Shown one piece after another: positions 17,041 through 24,992 of a stretch of 64,000 bases of DNA. The DNA comes from an uncultured Chthoniobacteraceae bacterium (GTDB lineage Bacteria; Verrucomicrobiota; Verrucomicrobiia; Chthoniobacterales; Chthoniobacteraceae), in the NCBI GenBank assembly GCA_964513965.1, contig CAZEOO010000005.1, positions 42,651 through 106,650 of the forward strand, read 5' to 3'. The notes under the pieces were generated by a model that was not told the DNA's origin, did not search any database, and saw only the letters and a list, made by a program, of their open reading frames with translations. The translations under genes and the position numbers were made by a program. Each line of letters begins with the position of its first letter. The stretch's first letter is position 1.

Positions 17041-18483
17041 CTACGCGGGCAACTGCGCCAGTTCGGAAACCTCGGCCACCGTCCACGGAGCGATGTGGAG
17101 GTTCGGGTAGGCGAGGATCACGGACGCATCCTGAGCCTCATCTTTCGAACCCAATTCAACGCGCACGCGGTGCTTGCCCGCTCCCGGGGTGAGGGTCACG
17201 ATGGCCTCGCCTCCGCAGCGGTGCGTGGCGGGCACGAAGGGCAGACCCTTCGGGCATTCGTGAACGAGCTTGCCGTCCACGAAGAGCTTGGCTCCGGCCC
17301 GCGCCAGGCAGACCACCTTGCGCGCTTCGCCGTAAGTGACTTCCCAATCCCATTCCGCGCCGCCCGCCCGTTTTGCTTCGGCGGGCAGTTCGCCGTTGGA
17401 CCAGGCCACGGCGGCGCCGCCTCCGATCGGCTGGAGTTGGATGTAGCCCGGCAGCGTGGCGCGAATGCTCTCCGGCATCGCCGGGACTTCCCAAGACCAC
17501 GCGGACCAATCCTTGCGCGCCAGTTTGCCGGTCGCTTTCAACGTGCGCTGGGTGAGTTCCAGCACGTCCTTTGGCGCGTTGATGCCGTGGATGCCCGGGC
17601 CGACGTAGATGCCGTCGCCGATGGGTTCGCGCCAGCGTTGCGGAATTTTGTCCGCGCCCAGCATGAGGCCGAGCGTGGCCCCGGCGGTCGCGCCGGTGCA
17701 GTCGGTGTCATAACCGCCGTTGACCGCGAGCAGGATCGACGCTTCAAAATCGCCGTTACCGTAGAGCAGCGCCCAGACCGTGAGGGCCACGTTCATCGGC
17801 GCGTGGGTGAAGTTTTCGGCGCGATGGGCTTCCAGGATTTGCTTCCAGGTGGCCCACGCTTCGACGCCGCCCGCGTGAGCTTCCAAAACCAGCTGGATGG
17901 CGCGGGCCGTCTCGCACGAAGCCGGGATGTGCGCCAGGGCTGTGTTCACGGCTTCGAGCAGCGGCTTGTCCACGGCCACGAGGCTCTGCATTACCGCCAA
18001 AAACACTTCGCCCGCGATGCCTTCGGTGCTGTGGTCGAGCGAGGCATCGAGCGCCGCGTAATAAGCCGCGCTGGCCGCGTCGCCGGGGAAGAGGCAGGCC
18101 CAGATTTCCGACCGGATGGGCGAACCCATGCCCGCGTGAAACCAGTTTTCAAAAACTCCCGCGTACCGCGCGGGCACGCCCCGGCGCAGGTTCCAGCGGC
18201 AGCGGCCGTATTCGTCCCACATGTAGTGGATGTGCCGCAGCCAGGCGGTGCCAAAAGCTTCCTGGGTCAGTTCGGAGCCCGGCATTTTCTCGATCACATC
18301 GAGCCACACCAATTGCAATTCCAGATCGTCATTGGGGGGCGCGACTTTCGGCACCGGATCGTAAAAGGTGAAGTTCATGCGCTCCATCTTTCCCTCGGCG
18401 GGAAGGCCGAGCGTTCCGCCGATGGATTTTCCGATCCAGCAGCCGTAAACCTTCGATTCGAAGGCCTTATCAATGTTTGACAT
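17041..18483 (-). CDS. ADP-ribosylglycohydrolase-family protein with a ~130-aa C-terminal extension
   Basis: N-terminal GCWIGKSIGGTLGLP and the metal-site-like GGYDTDCTGATAGATLG are typical of the ARH/DraG fold. The extra C-terminal beta-rich region has no recognised family. Confidence 0.8.
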   Translation of the reverse strand: MSNIDKAFESKVYGCWIGKSIGGTLGLPAEGKMERMNFTFYDPVPKVAPPNDDLELQLVWLDVIEKMPGSELTQEAFGTAWLRHIHYMWDEYGRCRWNLRRGVPARYAGVFENWFHAGMGSPIRSEIWACLFPGDAASAAYYAALDASLDHSTEGIAGEVFLAVMQSLVAVDKPLLEAVNTALAHIPASCETARAIQLVLEAHAGGVEAWATWKQILEAHRAENFTHAPMNVALTVWALLYGNGDFEASILLAVNGGYDTDCTGATAGATLGLMLGADKIPQRWREPIGDGIYVGPGIHGINAPKDVLELTQRTLKATGKLARKDWSAWSWEVPAMPESIRATLPGYIQLQPIGGGAAVAWSNGELPAEAKRAGGAEWDWEVTYGEARKVVCLARAGAKLFVDGKLVHECPKGLPFVPATHRCGGEAIVTLTPGAGKHRVRVELGSKDEAQDASVILAYPNLHIAPWTVAEVSELAQLPA

Positions 18484-18506
18484 AGGTGAGGTATTTTTTT
18501 GAGGGG

Positions 18507-18549
18507 CAACAAAAGCGCCGCAACCGGCGGGTTTCGCACGGTTGCGGCG
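18507..18549 (-). terminator. intrinsic terminator 3' of the rhamnosidase gene
   Basis: Perfect 11-bp stem CGCCGCAACCG / CGGTTGCGGCG (18516-18526 and 18539-18549) followed on the minus strand by CTTTTGTTG. Confidence 0.6.
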
Positions 18550-18586
18550 GGTTGAAATGCGCCCCGTGATTGGGGCGGATAGTGGA

Positions 18587-21289
18587 TTATTTCAGCGGGG
18601 CTGCAAAGCGATAAGTTCCCGAACCAACTTTGAAACATTCCGCGCCGTTTTGGCGGCCCAGCGGCTTCACGCCTTCGGCTTGCGCGGCAGGTTTCCCGCA
18701 TTCGGTGACCGCCGCGCCTTCCGGCACGGGCAGGCAGACCGTGGCCGTCGTGTTCGACGGAACCACCAGTTCCATGGCGAACACACCGTCCTTGATTTCC
18801 CAGCGGTTGCTCAGTTTGCCAAAGCCCGTTTCCAGCGAGGCTCGCGCCCACTGCAAATCGCCCGGCAGCGGCTTGACGATGACGTGTTTGAAGCCGGGTT
18901 CGGCGGGATCGGCGTCCAGACCGGCCACGGCGCTGTAGAGCCAGTCGCCCACCGCGCCGTAGGCGTAGTGGTTAAAGGAGTTCATCTCCGTGGTCTGGAA
19001 ACCCTTGTCTTGGGTCCAGCCGTCCCAGCGTTCCCAAATGGTGGTGGCTCCCTGCGTCACCGCGTAGAGCCAGGAGGGCCATTGCTCCTGGTGCAGGAGA
19101 CGGAAGGCGACATCGGCGCGGCCGCCCTGCGTCAAGGCGTGCTGCAAATAAGGCGTGCCCACGAAGCCGGTGGCCAGCTTGTTGCCGCTGGATTCGATCT
19201 TTCGCACCAGCGCCTCCACGAAGGGCTTTCGCAGAGCCTCGGGGGCGAGGTCGAAGTAAAGCGTGAGCACGTAAGCCGTCTGGGTTCCGCTCGTGAGCAG
19301 CCCGGCGGCGGTGATGAAGCGTTCCTGGTAGGCTTTGCGCACGGATTCGAAGAGCGCCTCGTACTTGCGGGCGTCGTCCGTGTTGCCCAAAATCGCGGCG
19401 ATGCGGCTAAAGAGCCGTGCGGAGTAGGCGTAAAAGGCCGTGCCGATCATGTCCGTGGGCGTCTGGCCGAAGCAATTCATGCCGTCATAAGCGCCGTCGA
19501 TGGCGAGCCAGTCGCCAAAACCGCCCCACCCCTTGGACGGGTGCCGCCGGATGAAGCCGACGGACTCGCGCTCCAGCGAATCCACATAGCGGCGCATCAT
19601 TTCGTAATGCTCGGCCAGGATGCCCTTGTCACCGTAGCAAAGATACATGGTCCACGGGCAAATGACCCCGGCGTCGGCCCACGCAGGGCCACCGTTGGAG
19701 GGCGTGCCGTCGCCGGGAGGAATCAAATCGGGCGCGACCATCGGCAGCTCGCCGTTCGGTCCCTGGGCGTCGGCCACATCAATCATCCATTTGGAGAAGA
19801 ACCCGCTGACGTCGAAGTTGAACGCCGCCGTGCGCACGAACGCCTGCGCGTCGCCCATCCAGCCAAGGCGCTCGTCGCGCTGCGGGCAATCCGTCGGGAT
19901 ATCGACATAGTTGCCGCGCTGTCCCCACTGAATGTTACTTTGTAATTGATTTACCAGCTTGTCCGAGCACTCGAAGGCGCCCGTTTCCGCCATGTCCGAA
20001 TTGACCACGATGCCCGTCACCGTTTCCTTCGAAATCTTCACGGGCATGTTGAAAAGATCGCCGTGAAGTTCCACGTAGCGGAAGCCGTGGAAGGTGAAGC
20101 GCGGCTCCCAAATCTCCTCGCCGCCGCCTTTGCAAGTGTAGTAATCCGTGGCGCGAGCGGAACGGAGGTTCGCGGTGTAGAGCCTGCCTTTTTCGTCCAG
20201 CATTTCGCCGAAGCGGATGCGGATCGTGGTCCCGGCCTTGGCGGTCAGTTTCAGCCGCACCCAGCCGACCATGTTCTGGCCCATATCGAAAATCGGATCG
20301 GGGCTCTCGGCATTGAGGAGCGCGATGGGAACGAGTTCCTTTTGCGGGCGCACCGTCGGCCCGCGCATGCCCACCCGCTTGACGCCTTCGTCGGCCATCA
20401 CATGCACCGGGCTCCAGGTGGAATCGTCGAAATCGGCGCGATCCCAGCCGGGCAGCTCACGCCGGGCATCGTAAATTTCGCCCTGGATCATGTCGGATTC
20501 CAAAATCGGCCCGAACGCGGTTTTCCACGTCGCATCGGAACAGACCACCAGCCGCTGGCCGTCGGCAAAGGTCACTTCGAGCTGAGCCATCAGCGCGGCC
20601 CGTTCCCCGTAATACTGGCGGTTGAGGTGCGCGTTGCAGCCGCAATACCAGCCGTCGCCCAGCACAGCCCCGGCGGCGTTCGCCCCCGGGCGCAGCAGCG
20701 GCATGATGTCATAGACCTGGTATTGGATGCGTTTATGGTAATCCGTATCCCCCGGCGTTAAGACATCCCCGCCCACGCGCTGGCCGTTGAGCGAAAACTC
20801 GTAAAGCCCGCGCGCCGTAATGTAAAGCCGGGCGCTGGCCACCTCGCGGTCAATCGCGAACTCCTTGCGCAGGTACGGCGCGGGCACGGCGGAACGGTGG
20901 CCGCCAGCCAGCGACGCGCCGATCCATTGGCCCTTCCACTCCGTCGCGTCGAGCAACCCCATGCCCCAATGCGCCATTTCTGACCACTCGGAAGCGGCTC
21001 CGGCCTCATCCCAAACGCGCACTTTCCAAAAACACTGAGCCCGGGAGCCGAGGGGCGCGCCAGCGTAGGCAATATAAAGGCACTCGCTCCCTTCCACGCG
21101 GCCGCTGTCCCAAAGGTCACTATCCCCTGCGGCGAGCCGTTCGGGCGTCGAGGCCACGATGACTTGCCATGCGGTCTGCGCCGCCCCGCGTTTCGGCGAA
21201 AGGGGGAGCATCCAGCTCAGGCGAGGGTTAAGAATGTCAAGCCCGAGGGGGTTGACCATGTGCTCACAACGAAGATAGAAGGGTGTCAT
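18587..21289 (-). CDS. alpha-L-rhamnosidase (GH78)
   Basis: 900 aa. The N-terminus LRCEHMVNPLGLDILNPRLSW and the length and architecture are typical of bacterial GH78 rhamnosidases. Confidence 0.9.
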   Translation of the reverse strand: MTPFYLRCEHMVNPLGLDILNPRLSWMLPLSPKRGAAQTAWQVIVASTPERLAAGDSDLWDSGRVEGSECLYIAYAGAPLGSRAQCFWKVRVWDEAGAASEWSEMAHWGMGLLDATEWKGQWIGASLAGGHRSAVPAPYLRKEFAIDREVASARLYITARGLYEFSLNGQRVGGDVLTPGDTDYHKRIQYQVYDIMPLLRPGANAAGAVLGDGWYCGCNAHLNRQYYGERAALMAQLEVTFADGQRLVVCSDATWKTAFGPILESDMIQGEIYDARRELPGWDRADFDDSTWSPVHVMADEGVKRVGMRGPTVRPQKELVPIALLNAESPDPIFDMGQNMVGWVRLKLTAKAGTTIRIRFGEMLDEKGRLYTANLRSARATDYYTCKGGGEEIWEPRFTFHGFRYVELHGDLFNMPVKISKETVTGIVVNSDMAETGAFECSDKLVNQLQSNIQWGQRGNYVDIPTDCPQRDERLGWMGDAQAFVRTAAFNFDVSGFFSKWMIDVADAQGPNGELPMVAPDLIPPGDGTPSNGGPAWADAGVICPWTMYLCYGDKGILAEHYEMMRRYVDSLERESVGFIRRHPSKGWGGFGDWLAIDGAYDGMNCFGQTPTDMIGTAFYAYSARLFSRIAAILGNTDDARKYEALFESVRKAYQERFITAAGLLTSGTQTAYVLTLYFDLAPEALRKPFVEALVRKIESSGNKLATGFVGTPYLQHALTQGGRADVAFRLLHQEQWPSWLYAVTQGATTIWERWDGWTQDKGFQTTEMNSFNHYAYGAVGDWLYSAVAGLDADPAEPGFKHVIVKPLPGDLQWARASLETGFGKLSNRWEIKDGVFAMELVVPSNTTATVCLPVPEGAAVTECGKPAAQAEGVKPLGRQNGAECFKVGSGTYRFAAPLK

Positions 21290-21387
21290 AGGATTGTGAC
21301 GGAAATTAGCACGGGCACCCTTTCTGCGTTACCCAAAAGCGCGCTTGCCATTTCCCATTTATTGACATCAAATTCTTAAACCAAGAA

Positions 21388-22278
21388 ATGAACAGCTCTG
21401 ACTCCAGCGCCCCCCGCTCAAGCCAAAACCTCATGATGATTACCGTGGGGGAGAAGTTGTTCTTCATGAACCACATGGCGCGCCAGTGGAACCTGGAACC
21501 CCATCATCACCAGTGGCTGGAAATGGCCATCGTGGTCCATGGCACGGCGCTGCACCGCACCACCACGGGAGAAGTTGCCTGCAAGCCAGGCCGGGTTTTC
21601 GTGATCCCGAAGGGCATCTGGCACGCCTACAGCCAGAGCCGCGACCTCGAACTCTACAACTGCCAGTTCTCCCCGGAACTGCTCGACGGCCCCCTCGCCT
21701 GGGTTCGCAAAGACCCGGCTCTCGGGCCGCTGGTGCGGCAGGACCCCTGGAAAATGAGTTCCCACGTTTTGACATTCCAGCTGGACTCCGCCGCCGTTCC
21801 GAAACTTCGCGCCCTTGCGGCGGCACTGCACCGCACCGCCAAAACCCACGGCATGGCCCGGCCTGGAAAGCTGATGGCGGAGTTGCTCCTGCTGCTCGAC
21901 TACATCGCCACCAAAAGCAAACCGGCCCAACCGCAAAAATCTCCCCCCGTGCACTCCGCCGTGCGCCGCGGCGCGGAGATGCTGCAAGCCGAGCTGGCCC
22001 GGGAATGGACGCTCCCCGAACTGGCCGGGCAACTGCGGATCAACCCGAGCTATCTTGTGCGCCTCTTCCGCCAGGCCACGGGCCGCGCGCCGATGAAGTT
22101 CCTGGCCGAGGAACGCGCCCACAAGGCTTCGCAGTTGTTGATGACCAGCGAGATGAACATCAGCGAAATCGGCGCGAGCGTCGGCTGGCCCGAGCCCAAA
22201 GTGTTCGCGCGCTGCTTTCGCCAACATTTCGGCGAAAACGCCACCGCGTTCCGGCGGCGTCTGCAAACCGAAAATTAA
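21388..22278 (+). CDS. AraC family transcriptional regulator (cupin sensor + HTH)
   Basis: An N-terminal cupin-like region and a C-terminal AraC HTH (SYLVRLFRQATGRAPMKFL...ISEIGASVGWPEPKVFARCFRQHFG). Confidence 0.85.
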   Translation: MNSSDSSAPRSSQNLMMITVGEKLFFMNHMARQWNLEPHHHQWLEMAIVVHGTALHRTTTGEVACKPGRVFVIPKGIWHAYSQSRDLELYNCQFSPELLDGPLAWVRKDPALGPLVRQDPWKMSSHVLTFQLDSAAVPKLRALAAALHRTAKTHGMARPGKLMAELLLLLDYIATKSKPAQPQKSPPVHSAVRRGAEMLQAELAREWTLPELAGQLRINPSYLVRLFRQATGRAPMKFLAEERAHKASQLLMTSEMNISEIGASVGWPEPKVFARCFRQHFGENATAFRRRLQTEN

Positions 22279-22402
22279 CGATATTCGCATCGTAGTTTTT
22301 ACCTTGCGCACCGGGATTGCTCCCCTATCTTGTTTCCTAGTTAAGTGCGAAGCACCAACCAGCACAAATCGCCCCCGATTCGTGCGTAAAAGACCCCCGC
22401 TT

Positions 22403-23419
22403 ATGTCCCCCAGAGTCACCCAAAAAGACATCGCTCGCGCCGCCGGGGTCTCCCATGCCGCCGTGTCACTCGCGTTAAGGGATCATCACTCCATTCCCAA
22501 GCCGACCCGGGAGCGCATCAAAGAGCTTGCGCAAAAAATGGGGTATGTGCCGGACCCGATGCTGGCCGGGCTGGCGGCTTACCGCATGAGCCGGAGGCCC
22601 GCGGCGTACAAATCGAACATCGCGTGGGTGGCCGATTGCGCGGTGTATGAGGAAGGGAGCGACAGCGTGATCGGAACGGCGGCCAAGGCCAAGCAATACG
22701 GCTATAACCTGGAGTTGATCTCGATGAACGAGCTTGAACACAGCGCCAGCCGTTTGGAAAAGGTGCTCGACGCCAAGGGCATCACGGGGTTGATCCTTTC
22801 TCCTTGCGCCCGCTGCGGCACCGAACTTCGGCTCGATTTCTCCCGGTTTTCCGCAGTGAGGCTGGGTTACAGCTACCACTACCCCATCCTCCACACCATC
22901 GTTAACAATCAGTTTAAAACGACGTATACCGCCTTCAACAAAGCCGTGGCGGCTGGCTACAAACGCGTTGGCATTATTCTGACTCCCGAACTCGACCTGC
23001 GAACAGGCCAGAACTTCCTGGGAGGTTTCAGGGCGGCACAGCAGGCTATTCCCATCGAACAACGGACAGAACCGCTTTACCTTATTTGCCCCAACGGCGT
23101 CATCACCGCCTCCAATGCCGGCAGGGAAGTCAGCCGCTGGATCAATGAAAACCACATCGATGTCGTGGTCGCGAACGGACAATGGCATTTGATTCACGAC
23201 ATACTCGGCTTTGAGGTGGGCTACATCGAGCTGGATCGCTTCCGGGGCGAACCATTCATTTCTGGACTTGACCAAAACAACGGCCGCATCGGCATTACCG
23301 CGCTGGAACACCTGATCTCCATGATGAACCGCGGCGAAACGGGCATCCCCGAGGAGCCGACGGTGATTTGCGTTCCCAGCCGCTGGATGGATGGCCAAAC
23401 GCTGCCGCCCAAAACGTAA
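22403..23419 (+). CDS. LacI family transcriptional regulator
   Basis: HTH VTQKDIARAAGVSHAAVSLALRD. ATG at 22403 is preferred over the track start at 22304. Confidence 0.85.
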   Translation: MSPRVTQKDIARAAGVSHAAVSLALRDHHSIPKPTRERIKELAQKMGYVPDPMLAGLAAYRMSRRPAAYKSNIAWVADCAVYEEGSDSVIGTAAKAKQYGYNLELISMNELEHSASRLEKVLDAKGITGLILSPCARCGTELRLDFSRFSAVRLGYSYHYPILHTIVNNQFKTTYTAFNKAVAAGYKRVGIILTPELDLRTGQNFLGGFRAAQQAIPIEQRTEPLYLICPNGVITASNAGREVSRWINENHIDVVVANGQWHLIHDILGFEVGYIELDRFRGEPFISGLDQNNGRIGITALEHLISMMNRGETGIPEEPTVICVPSRWMDGQTLPPKT

Positions 23420-23482
23420 GGGCAAGCCCGTTTGCAACTTATCGCGTTTTTTGCACCAAAACCCAAAACCAACACCACATAT

Positions 23483-24124
23483 ATGAATACACGTTCCCTA
23501 TCTCTACTGGCAGGTTTGGCCGTGGCCGGGCTGGCGTATTGCCCGTCTGCAAAAGCGGAAAACCTTATCCCGAACCCCAGCTTCGAATCCGGGGCTGCCG
23601 GATGGGTCCTCTTCATCCCCAAGGATGCCGAAGGCAAAGTCCAGCCGCTGCAAATCGTGCAAACGGACGTTCACTCGGGAACCGCTGCCGCGGCAATCAC
23701 CGTGGCCGACGGGGCGCGCACGGGCATCACCTCTAAACCGGTCAACGTCAAGCCCGGCGAGAAATACCGCATCTCGGCTTGGGTGAAGTTCACCGACAAT
23801 GTTCAGTTCAAAGCGGGCAGCGTGGGCGCGTTTTTGCGCGCGACCCTGATGGAAACCCCCGGCAAAGACATTGCCGACCCCGCCGGACACATGCACATTG
23901 GCCTCAAGGGGACCGTGGCCCGCAACCCCGATGTCGGCAAGCTGGGCGTGAGCGAATTGCCCAAGCAGTGGACCAAGCTGGAAGCCGTCATTGAAATTCC
24001 GGCGGGCACCGGCGTGCTCCTGCCAACGGTGTTCGTCATGGGCGTGACCGGCACGGTGCTGATCGACGACGTGAATCTGGAGTTGGTGCCCGCGGCCACC
24101 CCGCTGAGCAGCTTCGTTCAGTAA
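23483..24124 (+). CDS. secreted stand-alone CBM4/9-like carbohydrate-binding protein, copy 1
   Basis: Signal peptide MNTRSLSLLAGLAVAGLAYCPSAKA, then NLIPNPSFESGAAGW, which is typical of the start of CBM_4_9-type modules. 213 aa from the ATG at 23483. Confidence 0.6.
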   Translation: MNTRSLSLLAGLAVAGLAYCPSAKAENLIPNPSFESGAAGWVLFIPKDAEGKVQPLQIVQTDVHSGTAAAAITVADGARTGITSKPVNVKPGEKYRISAWVKFTDNVQFKAGSVGAFLRATLMETPGKDIADPAGHMHIGLKGTVARNPDVGKLGVSELPKQWTKLEAVIEIPAGTGVLLPTVFVMGVTGTVLIDDVNLELVPAATPLSSFVQ

Positions 24125-24146
24125 AACACACATTTCCGATCACTAT

Positions 24147-24185
24147 AAAGGACGGCATCGAGAAGATGCCGTCCTTTTCTGTTTT
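24147..24185 (+). terminator. intrinsic terminator after CBM-like copy 1
   Basis: 13-bp stem AAAGGACGGCATC / GATGCCGTCCTTT with loop GAGAA, followed by TCTGTTTT. Confidence 0.7.
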
Positions 24186-24250
24186 GCCCCATGTCCCTAT
24201 CGGAATTCTTCCGGTTGTACTTTGGCGTTCGGCGGCTATATTACCGCCTT

Positions 24251-24904
24251 ATGATGAAAACTCGTTCCCTTTCCACCACCCTCATGGCGGCACTCGCAGG
24301 CGCGGCTTTCCTCGCCTTCAGCGCCGCCGCAAATGCGCAGAACCTCGCCCCCAACCCCAGCTTCGAATCCGGCCTTTCCGGCTGGAATCTCTTTGTTCCC
24401 AAGGAATCCCAGGGGAAAGCCCAGCCGCTGCAGATCACGGCTACCGACGTTCACAGCGGCACCGCAGCGCTCACCGTCACCGTCGCGGACGGCGCTCGCG
24501 TTGGTGTAGGCACCAAACCCATCAACGTGAAACCGGGCGAGAAGTACCGCTTCGCGGCCTGGGTCAAATTTGGCGATAACGTGCAGATCAAACCCGGCAC
24601 CCCCGGCGTCTATTTCCGCGCGACTTTGCTGGAAGCCCAGGACAAGGATATCGCCGATCCGCTCAAGCACATGCAAATCGGCCTTTCGGGAAAGATGGCT
24701 CGTTCCCCCTTCACCGGCAAACTGGCCCCCACCGAACTGCCCAAGCAATGGACAAAGCTGGAAGGCGTCATTGAAGTGCCCGCCGGGGTGAACATCATCG
24801 GCCCTTCCCTCTTCCTCGAAGGGATCTCGGGAACCGTCAACTTTGACGATATTGTCATCGAACTGGTTCCGCCCGCCACGCCGTTAAGCCCTATCGTCCA
24901 ATAG
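24251..24904 (+). CDS. secreted stand-alone CBM4/9-like carbohydrate-binding protein, copy 2
   Basis: Signal peptide MMKTRSLSTTLMAALAGAAFLAFSAAANA, then NLAPNPSFESGLSGW. By eye about 60% identical to copy 1 over the full length. Confidence 0.6.
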   Translation: MMKTRSLSTTLMAALAGAAFLAFSAAANAQNLAPNPSFESGLSGWNLFVPKESQGKAQPLQITATDVHSGTAALTVTVADGARVGVGTKPINVKPGEKYRFAAWVKFGDNVQIKPGTPGVYFRATLLEAQDKDIADPLKHMQIGLSGKMARSPFTGKLAPTELPKQWTKLEGVIEVPAGVNIIGPSLFLEGISGTVNFDDIVIELVPPATPLSPIVQ

Positions 24905-24942
24905 GCAATGCATTTATAACGTTAATAGCGATATTTTTCGAG

Positions 24943-24972
24943 AGACGGCATCGACATGATGCCGTCTTTTCG
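24943..24972 (+). terminator. intrinsic terminator after CBM-like copy 2
   Basis: 10-bp stem AGACGGCATC / GATGCCGTCT with loop GACAT and a T-run. The stem sequence is nearly identical to the copy-1 terminator. Confidence 0.65.
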
Positions 24973-24992
24973 TATAGTGGCGTTTCATCACT

